Sequence record: SRR31156797_1757 | Reading direction: 5' to 3' (one strand) | Length of the DNA stretch: 41,432 nucleotides | Shown here: piece after piece, positions 29,114 through 37,883 of the stretch | How the letters are laid out: each line of letters starts with the position of its first letter | Numbering within the stretch: position 1 is the first letter of the stretch | The notes under the pieces: generated by a model | What the model saw: the letters and a program-made list of their open reading frames with translations, nothing else | What the model was told of the DNA's origin: nothing | The model's database searches: none | Position numbers and translations under genes: made by a program

Positions 29114-30109
29114 CTAGGCTACGGTAAGAATAGATTTTTTTTGAAGAAACCATTTTACAAAGGTTTCGATACCATCTTCAAACGCAACAGTAGGAGCATA
29201 CCCAATAAGATTCTTGGCTTTAGTAATATCTGCATAAGTTTGATTCACATCTCCGGCTTGCATTGGTAAGCGATTAATATTTGGACAGATTCCTGATTTT
29301 TTTGCAATGGTTTCAATCATATTATTCAGGCTAATAGGATAACTATTTCCAAGGTTGATGGTTTCAAAAACTTGAGTATGATTGAAAAGATAATCGCAGC
29401 AATTGATAATACCTTCAACTGTATCTTCAACATATGTATAGTCGCGAGCACTTGTGCCATCTCCAAAAACAGGAATTGATTCGGAATTACTCATTAATTT
29501 CATGAACTTGTGAATTGCCAAATCGGGACGCTGACGTGGACCAAAAACAGTAAAGAATCTCATGTTGATAATATCCAATTTGTAAAGGTGATGATAGCTG
29601 TGATTCAAAACTTCGCAAGATTTTTTCGAGAAGGCATAGGGAGAAATCACATTGTCAACATTTTGATCTTCGGTAAAAGGAACAGTAGTATTGTTTCCGT
29701 ATACCGATGAGGAAGAGGCAAATGCAAGTTTTGCAATATTTTTGGTTCTCATAAAATCCAACACATTGCGTGTTGCGCTAATGTTACTATCGATATATCC
29801 CTGTGGATCTTCAATGGAAGGTCTTACTCCAGCTTTGCCAGCCAAATGAACGATTAGTGATACATCTTCTAAAATCATATTTAAAGTTCCACTTTGGCAA
29901 AGATCCAATTGATAGAATTTAAAGGCATTATTCCTTTTAAAACCGTCCATATTTTCCATTTTTAAATCAATGGAATAAAAGGGATCAAAATTGTCTACAC
30001 CCACAACCTGATAGCCAAGTTTTAGAAGTTTTTCACATAGATGAGAACCTATAAATCCAGCACATCCAGTTACCAAGATACTTTTTGTCTGATTGTTCGA
30101 ATTTTTCAT
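29114..30109 (-). CDS. NAD-dependent nucleotide-sugar epimerase, UDP-glucuronate 4-epimerase-like
   Basis: VTGCAGFIG, HLAGKAGVRPS, SSSSVYG, YAFSKK (YxxxK) and RFFTVFGPRQRPDLA motifs. Confidence 0.88.
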   Translation of the reverse strand: MKNSNNQTKSILVTGCAGFIGSHLCEKLLKLGYQVVGVDNFDPFYSIDLKMENMDGFKRNNAFKFYQLDLCQSGTLNMILEDVSLIVHLAGKAGVRPSIEDPQGYIDSNISATRNVLDFMRTKNIAKLAFASSSSVYGNNTTVPFTEDQNVDNVISPYAFSKKSCEVLNHSYHHLYKLDIINMRFFTVFGPRQRPDLAIHKFMKLMSNSESIPVFGDGTSARDYTYVEDTVEGIINCCDYLFNHTQVFETINLGNSYPISLNNMIETIAKKSGICPNINRLPMQAGDVNQTYADITKAKNLIGYAPTVAFEDGIETFVKWFLQKKSILTVA

Positions 30110-31833
30110 TTTGACTTCTTTGTAAGTAATGATTGTTTGATGATTGAATTACTTTCTGACAAGATTTTGATGGGAGTTATAAGGGTTGCATATTTTTGAA
30201 AGTGAGGTTTATTTCTTTTTTTTCCTTGGTGATATCTATTGTAATCGAAATGATCAATAGTTTTGAAATCAATTGTTTTCAACTGATCCTTGGATAATAA
30301 ATCAGTTATTGGTTTTGTCGAAAAGACGACGAATGGTTCTTCCTGAGGAAGGTAAATATTGCTTTCAAAATCCCACTCTTTGACCTCTTTTCCTGCCTCA
30401 TAAACCAATTCTATCCTAAAACCAGGCTTTCCAATACTATAATAGTTTAGTTTCTTGTATTGCGTATAATTATTAATCTCGGAGAGGTTTTTAAAATCAG
30501 GATTTTGATTTAATAAGCCTTCTAAATTTGGAATAAGAAATACAATGGGAATGCACATTAATAGCACAGAGTTAATTAGGAATTGTCTTATGTTTTTGTT
30601 TATCCAAGCCAATAAGAATAACACAAAAAGCAATTCGGAACTAATTGTAAATAAGGTAAATTCAGTAATTGACAATTGATTTTCATTAAAGAAAACATGA
30701 AATACGACCATAGGTAAAGCAAAGGCAACAATTGTTAGAGTCCATACATTCATTCCAAATATCCAGAGATCAGAAGTCTTGTTTTTCTTTTCAGAGAATA
30801 CTTCATACAAATGTTGGATCAGTTGTCCAGCTAGAATTGCAGATGGAATTAAAACAGGTAGAAGGTATCTGTCTTTTTTCTCAGGAATTAAAGAGAGTAG
30901 AACCACTGAGCTCAATGTCCAAATCAATGCAAATAGGTATTCTTTTTTATTCCTGAGATTTTTCTTGATGATTGGAAACAGCAAAGCCGAAAAAATTAAT
31001 ACAGTCCATATTCCAGTTTGAATCGGGAAATTCCAGTAGTAGTAAAACGGACGAACATGACGATTCATCCATGAACCAGACTCCAATTTTGCAACAGCAG
31101 CTGCAGAATCGGCGTGAGCAACAGAAATGTAAACTGGCCACCAAAAACTGATAATTGCAAATATGAGTAAACACAAGAGCAGTGGCTTCCAGTTTTGGAT
31201 TAAGCTTTTGCTTTTGTAAATCCAACAATAGGCAATAAGAAAGGGAATAAGTAGAGCAAAAAATGCCACCGGACCTTTACTCAGAAAGGATAATCCTAAC
31301 AGTACTCCTGCAAACGAAAACCTACCCATACGTTTACATTTATAATTTTGCAGGGCATTGAATAAGATCCAGATGGCACCAAGCATAAAACTGTGACAAT
31401 AAATATCCCAGGTGCCTGTTCTACTCATATATAATACATAAAAACTCGATGTTAATATCAAACTATTTGTGAATGCCTGGCTTTTTTTACCAGTAAGATC
31501 AATGCTAAATTGATACATGAATAAAACTAATAGGCATCCCATAATGCCAGCAGGAAAGCGAAGCATTGCCAAATCTGTCATTCCAAAATAAGAACCGAAC
31601 ATAGCAGTTATCCAGGTTGGAAACGGTGGCTTTGCCAATCTTAATTCACCATTCATGGTAGGAACCAGCCAATTTCCTTTTTCAATCATTTCTCGCGCAG
31701 TCACAAAGTTCCTGGCTTCCATAATATTTACAAAAAAGCTCTCATTGAAGAGAAAAAATGTGATGTAGCAAAGAACGAAAAGCAATAACAAATGGATTTT
31801 TGAACTTCCTTCGAATAAGTGATTTAACTTCAT
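30106..31833 (-). CDS. ArnT-like glycosyltransferase (GT83/GT39, polyprenyl-phosphate-sugar donor)
   Basis: EARNFVTAREM..GNWLVPTMNGELRLAKPP, LSKGPV, HVRPFYYY and KKDRYLLP motifs, with many TM segments. Confidence 0.9.
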   Translation of the reverse strand: MKLNHLFEGSSKIHLLLLFVLCYITFFLFNESFFVNIMEARNFVTAREMIEKGNWLVPTMNGELRLAKPPFPTWITAMFGSYFGMTDLAMLRFPAGIMGCLLVLFMYQFSIDLTGKKSQAFTNSLILTSSFYVLYMSRTGTWDIYCHSFMLGAIWILFNALQNYKCKRMGRFSFAGVLLGLSFLSKGPVAFFALLIPFLIAYCWIYKSKSLIQNWKPLLLCLLIFAIISFWWPVYISVAHADSAAAVAKLESGSWMNRHVRPFYYYWNFPIQTGIWTVLIFSALLFPIIKKNLRNKKEYLFALIWTLSSVVLLSLIPEKKDRYLLPVLIPSAILAGQLIQHLYEVFSEKKNKTSDLWIFGMNVWTLTIVAFALPMVVFHVFFNENQLSITEFTLFTISSELLFVLFLLAWINKNIRQFLINSVLLMCIPIVFLIPNLEGLLNQNPDFKNLSEINNYTQYKKLNYYSIGKPGFRIELVYEAGKEVKEWDFESNIYLPQEEPFVVFSTKPITDLLSKDQLKTIDFKTIDHFDYNRYHQGKKRNKPHFQKYATLITPIKILSESNSIIKQSLLTKKSK

Positions 31834-31839
31834 GATGAT

Positions 31840-32475
31840 TTATGCTTTAAGATTCAAGTTGGAATGTCTGATTAGTGATATATTTCGGGCATAAACTACA
31901 ATTCCAAAACCTTGTCCGATAAATAATACCGGATCCATTCTATAAATGGCATAGGAAAGAATCATAATAGAACCAATAATACTAATGATCCAAAAACCTA
32001 TTGGTAAACAGGATTCTCCTTTCTTTTCGGAATAAATCCATTGATAAACAAATCGAAAAGTGAATGTCACCTGACCGATTATGCCCCATATCAATAATGC
32101 AATCGGGATATCTGTGTTGTTGAATAATTTCTGGTAATGAAATTCCCAATTTGACGACATTAATAGGATTGCTACAAAAGGAGTGGCAAGAGCTATAACC
32201 CTTGTAACCACTGGAAGTTTTTTCCATTGATTTTGCAACTGTAGATTTCTAATATAAATGGAGTAAGCAATGATCTGTCCAAGAATAATCGCAAAATCAT
32301 CCCTTAGTAAACCATATACAAAAAGTAGCCATGAAGCGAGTATGCTCAGTTGCCAAAAAATAGCGGGAGATAAGGATAGCCCGGCTTTTTCCGACTTGAT
32401 CCATTGTACCAGTAATCGGGCTGAGAATAGTGCTTGTGCTAGAAATCCTATGGCATAAATATGGAGATTTTCCAT
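31840..32475 (-). CDS. Lipid-A-disaccharide synthase N-terminal (LAB_N) domain membrane protein, two repeats
   Basis: Duplicated motif G..AQALFSARLLVQWIKSEK..S..P..FW / GQVTFTFRFVYQWIYSEK..S..P..FW. The ATG at 32475 overlaps the GT2 stop (TAATG). Confidence 0.88.
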   Translation of the reverse strand: MENLHIYAIGFLAQALFSARLLVQWIKSEKAGLSLSPAIFWQLSILASWLLFVYGLLRDDFAIILGQIIAYSIYIRNLQLQNQWKKLPVVTRVIALATPFVAILLMSSNWEFHYQKLFNNTDIPIALLIWGIIGQVTFTFRFVYQWIYSEKKGESCLPIGFWIISIIGSIMILSYAIYRMDPVLFIGQGFGIVVYARNISLIRHSNLNLKA

Positions 32476-33203
32476 TATCCCTGATTTTGAATTTCGTAAT
32501 TGATGTATCGTTTTTTCATCCATCTGTAGGCAAAGCAATCCTTGAAAGGACCAATCATTCTGTTGAAAAGATGGTACTTGGCTTCACCGGCAATTCTTGG
32601 ATAATGACGAACAGGAATTTGTTTCATTTCACCATTTTGCAACAAAATAAGAGCAGGAATAAAGCGGTGCATACCCGTGAAAAAAGGAATTCGCTTGGCA
32701 TATTTGGTTTGTAAAATCTTAAGAGGACAGCCGGTATCAATGGCTTTGTCTTTGGTCATGAATCGGCGAAAGCCATTGGCAATGGTCGAACTCATGTTTT
32801 TGACAAAACTGTCTTTTCTATTTTCACGATAGCCCGTAACCAAAGCATAATCATGACGGAACTCCATAAGAAAATCAAAGTCGAAAGGAGTTGTTTGCAG
32901 ATCAGAATCAATGTATCCTACAAATGGTGTATCAACACTATCGATTCCTGCTTTTATGGCAGCGCTTAAACCTAAATTCTTGTGCAATTGAAGAAATGAG
33001 AATCGATCTGATCTTTGACAAAAATCTTCGATCAAATACTGACTTTGATCTGTAGAGCCATCGTTTACAAAAAGGACTTTTGATTCGTATTTAGATTCTT
33101 TAAAATACGTTAGAAATTCCTTTCTTACTCTTTCCAGGTTGTCCTCTTCATTAAATACAGGGACAATAATCGTTAACTCAAACTCTATTTTCGACTTGTA
33201 CAT
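32475..33203 (-). CDS. Glycosyltransferase family 2 (polyprenyl-phosphate sugar synthase, ArnC/RgtE/DPM-like)
   Basis: IIVPVFNEEDN, VNDGSTD, IDSDLQ, DTGCPLK and HRFIPAL motifs. Start taken at ATG 33203. Confidence 0.9.
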   Translation of the reverse strand: MYKSKIEFELTIIVPVFNEEDNLERVRKEFLTYFKESKYESKVLFVNDGSTDQSQYLIEDFCQRSDRFSFLQLHKNLGLSAAIKAGIDSVDTPFVGYIDSDLQTTPFDFDFLMEFRHDYALVTGYRENRKDSFVKNMSSTIANGFRRFMTKDKAIDTGCPLKILQTKYAKRIPFFTGMHRFIPALILLQNGEMKQIPVRHYPRIAGEAKYHLFNRMIGPFKDCFAYRWMKKRYINYEIQNQG

Positions 33204-33263
33204 GGGGTAGTCTGTTAAATACTCTGTTCCTACTAAAAACATGAAACAAAGGACTAAAACAGA

Positions 33264-33283
33264 TCTAACAAAAATCTAACAAG
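33264..33283 (-). promoter_or_regulatory. Candidate response-regulator box CTTGTTAGATTTTTGTTAGA (copy 2), overlapping kinase stop codon
   Basis: Identical to 27212-27231. It lies 60 nt upstream of the GT2 start. Confidence 0.75.
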
Positions 33284-34532
33284 TTGGAAATTGAAATGTG
33301 AAAGTGTGTTTAAAATTCTTAAAAGAGTAGTGGATATCCATATGGTAATGGTCGGTAATCTTTTTTACAATGGCTAAACCAATTCCTGTCGATCCAGTAC
33401 CATCACTTTCTTTATAAAATCGGTTGAAAATTAGTTCTGGATTACTGATTGCCTGTTCTCCAAAATTACTGATGGATAATTCCTGTTCATTTAGAATGAT
33501 ATCCATCTGCTTTTGTTTTGGAGAATGCTTGATGGCATTGATTAAAACATTTTGGATCCAAAGAGTAGCAAGCCGTTTATCCATACTGAAAAAACAGTCT
33601 TTATTTGCAATGAGATTTACCTTTAAACCTTTGTCCTCTATAACTTCTTTATAGAACTTGAGTTTTTCAGAAAATACTTTTTTTATACAAATTTTTTCAT
33701 TGTCGTCGAACTGACCATGATCAATTTTAGCGAGAAGTAGAAGTGCTTTGGTAATACCCGATAATCGATCAGTTGAAACGAAAATTTCGCGGATGGATTG
33801 TATCGTATCTTCAGACAAATCATTTTTTGAGAATAGAGCCTCACATTTATTTCGGATTATAGCTAAAGGGGTTTGCAATTCATGAGCAGCATTTGCTGAA
33901 AACTCTTTAGATGCCTGATAATCCTTTCCCACACGATCAGACATTTTTACCAAAACTTGGTTTAAATCATCAAATTCATCAATGTTGGTATGAATAAGTT
34001 GTAATTTATCTTTTGAAGTAAGAGAATAGTTCTTAAGTGTAGTCAGATTGTTTTTGAAATCTTTCCAAAGACTTTCACTCATGTACTTGTTATAATATAG
34101 CATTACCAAAAATATGCTACCAAGGAAAAAACTAATAATAGGAGTGATGTCGACAAATAGTTCCCAAAAACTTTCAGCAAGGTGGCGATGTACAATAAGG
34201 TAATTTGTACCATCAACCTTAGTGGAAAATTTGTATTCTCTAAATAAATCCATGGTTTGATCTTCTGGATCAAACATGATTGTATCTTTAAAAATACCAG
34301 GTACAATAACCTGGTCGCCAATAGTTTTTACTGAATAGGTTGGTGGAAAATCAGGAAAATGACCATGGGTTTTAATAATCTTACTCACCTCCATAGCACC
34401 ATACTTTAATTCTTTATCTGTATCTAATTTTGCGATATGAGAAATAAGTGAAATGATGATTAAATCGGCAATTAGAAATACGTACAAACCATATCTAAAA
34501 TAGTTTTTATTGATTTTAGTAATAAGTTTCAT
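33276..34532 (-). CDS. Sensor histidine kinase (paralog B)
   Basis: Two TMs around a periplasmic domain. H-box NAAHELQTPL, N-box NVLINAIKH, IFNRFY and G-box GIGLAIVK. Confidence 0.93.
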   Translation of the reverse strand: MKLITKINKNYFRYGLYVFLIADLIIISLISHIAKLDTDKELKYGAMEVSKIIKTHGHFPDFPPTYSVKTIGDQVIVPGIFKDTIMFDPEDQTMDLFREYKFSTKVDGTNYLIVHRHLAESFWELFVDITPIISFFLGSIFLVMLYYNKYMSESLWKDFKNNLTTLKNYSLTSKDKLQLIHTNIDEFDDLNQVLVKMSDRVGKDYQASKEFSANAAHELQTPLAIIRNKCEALFSKNDLSEDTIQSIREIFVSTDRLSGITKALLLLAKIDHGQFDDNEKICIKKVFSEKLKFYKEVIEDKGLKVNLIANKDCFFSMDKRLATLWIQNVLINAIKHSPKQKQMDIILNEQELSISNFGEQAISNPELIFNRFYKESDGTGSTGIGLAIVKKITDHYHMDIHYSFKNFKHTFTFQFPTC

Positions 34533-34649
34533 ATTGCGATTTTTTCAATTTGATGTTGGAGATATTTGTCGTTTCAATAGTTTTTAATGAATAAGACTAT
34601 TGTCTATTATTAAAGAATTAAAAAGCCTAAGATCTATTCAAGTATAAAA

Positions 34650-35903
34650 TCAGTTAGGTAATTTGAATTTGAACTTATGTTTGTCTTCTTTAAAAACATA
34701 TTCGGATTTAATCTTATAATGATCGGCTATTTTTTTAACTAATGCCAAGCCAATTCCTGAGGAATCAACTTGTTCAGACTCTTTGTAAAAGCGATTAAAA
34801 ATTTGTTCAGGATGTTGAATCGCGTTCTCTCCAAAGTTAGAAACCGATAAATTGTTACTGTCTAATCGAATATCAATTTCTTTTCCATCGGGAGAATATT
34901 TTATGGCATTAACAATGATATTTTGAATCCAAAGGTTAACAAGTCTTTTATCCATGTGAATGACACAGTTGCCTGTTGATTGAAAGTTGATTATCAATTT
35001 TTTATCTTCGAGAATCTCATCAAAAGAATCTATTTTTGATTTTATAAATTGATTCAAGATAATTTCTTCGTTTTCATTGAATTGTCCGTGATCGATTTTA
35101 GCGAGTAAAAGAAGGGCTTTGGTTATTCCGGAAAGTCTATCTGTTGAAACATATATTTCTCGAATAGAGTCGATTACTTTTTTGTCTAATTCTGTATAGG
35201 AAAATAAATCTTCACATTTATTTCTAATAATGGAGAGTGGAGTTTGCAATTCATGTGCGGCATTAGCCGAGAATTCTTTTGATGCCAGATAGTCCTTTTC
35301 CAACCGATCAGACATTTTTGAAATTACCAGGTTAAGATCATCGAATTCTTTTATTCCTGTTTGATTTAATTGCAGTTTATGCTCTAAACTGAAAGAATAT
35401 TGCTTTAATAATTCCACATTTTTATTGAAAGTGCCCCAAAGCATGGAATTCATTTTATGTGTGAACAGGAGAACTAATAGAAAGATTAATCCCAATACTG
35501 TAGAAATTAATACTGTAAAAAGAGAAAAGATATCATCGAATTCCATTAGCATCATACGAGTAATAATTTTATACTTTTTGCCATTAATTGATTGGTACAT
35601 TCTCAATTCCCTATAGGGAACTAATTCATCGTGATTTGCTTCATAAATCAAGGTATCCTTAGTTGTATTCTGTCTAAATTCGGAAGACGTTATTTCTTCA
35701 GCGATATCGGTTGGATAGATACTGTGAAATTCGCCCTTATTTTCTACGGTTTTAGCAATAACCTCAGCTTCCAATTGTAACTGTTGATCTATTTCATCTT
35801 TCAGAATAAAATTACTCATTAGAATAATCACAACATCAGCTACTAAGAATACCAGTAGTCCATACTTGAAATAGGTTCTGTTAATTTTGGAAAGTAATTT
35901 CAT
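34650..35903 (-). CDS. Sensor histidine kinase (paralog A)
   Basis: Two TMs. H-box NAAHELQTPL, NIIVNAIKY, IFNRFY and GIGLALVK. Confidence 0.93.
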   Translation of the reverse strand: MKLLSKINRTYFKYGLLVFLVADVVIILMSNFILKDEIDQQLQLEAEVIAKTVENKGEFHSIYPTDIAEEITSSEFRQNTTKDTLIYEANHDELVPYRELRMYQSINGKKYKIITRMMLMEFDDIFSLFTVLISTVLGLIFLLVLLFTHKMNSMLWGTFNKNVELLKQYSFSLEHKLQLNQTGIKEFDDLNLVISKMSDRLEKDYLASKEFSANAAHELQTPLSIIRNKCEDLFSYTELDKKVIDSIREIYVSTDRLSGITKALLLLAKIDHGQFNENEEIILNQFIKSKIDSFDEILEDKKLIINFQSTGNCVIHMDKRLVNLWIQNIIVNAIKYSPDGKEIDIRLDSNNLSVSNFGENAIQHPEQIFNRFYKESEQVDSSGIGLALVKKIADHYKIKSEYVFKEDKHKFKFKLPN

Positions 35904-35906
35904 TGT

Positions 35907-36590
35907 TTAATGAATTTCTAATTTGTAGCCAAAGCCGTGAACGGTTTTGATGTAATTTTCTCCGGTATGTTTCTTTATTTTTTTTCTCAGACGATTGATA
36001 TTGGTATAAATAAAATCTGAATTGTCCATGAATACAGAATTCTCTCCCCAAACGTGTTCGAATAAACTTTCTTTGGTGAGTACCCTGTTTTTATTTTCGA
36101 AGAAATAAAGCAATAAATCAAACTCTTTACGACTAAACTCAACAGGCTGTCCCGATATTTTAATAGAATTATTGAAGGTATCTATTATAATATCTTCGAA
36201 TTGCAAATTACAATTGTCGTTTGGGCTATTGCGTCGCAATAGTGCATGAATTCTGGCATTCAGTTCAGACAAGTGAAATGGTTTCACCAAATAATCATCT
36301 GCTCCTAAATTCAATCCATCTACACGATCTTCCAGTTTATCGCGTGCTGAGATAATAATTACGCCGGTTTGATCCCAAATGGATTTGATAAAAGGAATGC
36401 AATCCAATCCATCACCATCGGGTAAGCCCAAATCCAGTAAGACGATGGGATAAAACTTTTTATCGAAAAGCTGTTTTGCTTCTGATATTGTGGAGGTGCA
36501 AATACATTTAAAGCCTGAAGAATTCAAATAGTCAGTAACGATTTTTTGCAAACTCAAATCATCTTCAATTAGTAGAATCTCTTTATTCAT
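35907..36590 (-). CDS. OmpR/PhoB family response regulator
   Basis: LLIEDD, LLDLGLPDGDG (phospho-Asp), GADDYLVKPF, and winged helix ending IKTVHGFGY. Confidence 0.95.
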   Translation of the reverse strand: MNKEILLIEDDLSLQKIVTDYLNSSGFKCICTSTISEAKQLFDKKFYPIVLLDLGLPDGDGLDCIPFIKSIWDQTGVIIISARDKLEDRVDGLNLGADDYLVKPFHLSELNARIHALLRRNSPNDNCNLQFEDIIIDTFNNSIKISGQPVEFSRKEFDLLLYFFENKNRVLTKESLFEHVWGENSVFMDNSDFIYTNINRLRKKIKKHTGENYIKTVHGFGYKLEIH

Positions 36591-36657
36591 ATGGGGTGAA
36601 TTTAAGATTAGGAATCAATTATCATGCAAATAAACGAGAATTTGCTGCAAATCTTGT

Positions 36658-37740
36658 CTAATCCATGAACAGATTGGCAATATCATGACTAAAGCTATTG
36701 AATCGAACGTTCGAAAGATTGGTTAACACCACTACACAAATTTCCTCTTTTGGATAAATAATCATGTGTGTAGTTGCACCTATTGAACCACCAGAGTGTC
36801 CATAGAAATAATGACCTTGTCTATCTGTTCCGCTTGCCCAACCAATGCCATATTCTGTCTTTGTTCCATCTAAGGTTTGCTGAGGACGTGTTAATTCATC
36901 AATCTGCTTTTGACTTAGATATCCAACTTTGCTGTGAGCTTTTGCAAAGCGCATGATATCTTCAGATGTAGATAAAAAGCCGCCACCTGCCCATTTAATA
37001 CTATTGTCAACAAATGGTCCGTTGATGATTTTATTGTCTTCTGCTCTTTGATAGAAACCAGTTCTATTGGTGATGATGCTATCGGTGTGATCGGCAGTTG
37101 TATTGTGCATTTTTAATGGATCGAACACATGATGTTGCATATAGGAAAGGAACTCTTCTCCTGATGCTTTTTCCACAATACGACTCAATAAATTCCATCC
37201 ATAGCTGGAGTAATGGTATTCCTTACCAGGATAAGAGATAAGAGGATCATTTTCGAATATCTCTAAAGCATCATCGATATTATCGTAGTGTTTGGCACTT
37301 AAAAACTCATTGCCATTGTAATGGCGAATTCCAGCCAGGTGACCAGCTACCATTCTACTGGTGATTTTTGCTTGTTTCTTAGGGAAATCAGGCAAATAAA
37401 ACTGAATGGAAGAATCAAGTTGTAATTTATTTTCATCCCACAATTGAATGAGTGCATCGGCACTTACAGGTTTTGAGATACTTCCTATTCTAAACTTGGT
37501 GGTAGCAGGATTAACCTTGGATTGAGATTCCAAATTTCCATAGCCAAATCCTTTGGAGAATACATTCTTACCTTTTACCGAAATGGTTATAGCTAATCCT
37601 GGGATTTTATTTTTAGCAATAAAATCATTTGTTAATTCAATGGCTTGTTCAAAAGGTTTAGCAGACTCATTTTTTTGACTTTGACATGATAAAACAAGCA
37701 GAACAAGTAGGCATGCCAGAAATGATTTTGTGAATTTCAT
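36658..37740 (-). CDS. Serine hydrolase (beta-lactamase/AmpC-like family) lipoprotein
   Basis: FRIGSISK (SxxK), YSSY and GHSGG motifs, lipobox VLSC. Start taken at ATG 37740. Confidence 0.88.
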   Translation of the reverse strand: MKFTKSFLACLLVLLVLSCQSQKNESAKPFEQAIELTNDFIAKNKIPGLAITISVKGKNVFSKGFGYGNLESQSKVNPATTKFRIGSISKPVSADALIQLWDENKLQLDSSIQFYLPDFPKKQAKITSRMVAGHLAGIRHYNGNEFLSAKHYDNIDDALEIFENDPLISYPGKEYHYSSYGWNLLSRIVEKASGEEFLSYMQHHVFDPLKMHNTTADHTDSIITNRTGFYQRAEDNKIINGPFVDNSIKWAGGGFLSTSEDIMRFAKAHSKVGYLSQKQIDELTRPQQTLDGTKTEYGIGWASGTDRQGHYFYGHSGGSIGATTHMIIYPKEEICVVVLTNLSNVRFNSFSHDIANLFMD

Positions 37741-37883
37741 AAGTTTTGATTTGGTGGATGATGAGTTAAAATTATAAAATAATTCAAATATCATTGCACT
37801 GATTGAGTCAAGTTTAGCATTTGCCAAATCCTCTGCTTTTAACTAATTTGCGAACTATAAAATCCATCATAAAAACCATACGG

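Noticed and set aside
29114-33203. Classical arn (Ara4N) polymyxin-resistance operon
   Set aside because: No ArnA, ArnB or ArnD is present. The epimerase and LAB_N protein point to a uronic acid donor.
36640-36652. ATTTGC-T-GCAAAT palindrome upstream of the response regulator
   Set aside because: It is short, occurs once and is unrelated to the TTGTTAGA box. It could be chance in AT-rich DNA.
36658-37740. Bona fide beta-lactamase resistance gene
   Set aside because: It is a generic SxxK hydrolase with YxS and HSG motifs rather than class C YxN/KTG. Its function cannot be assigned.
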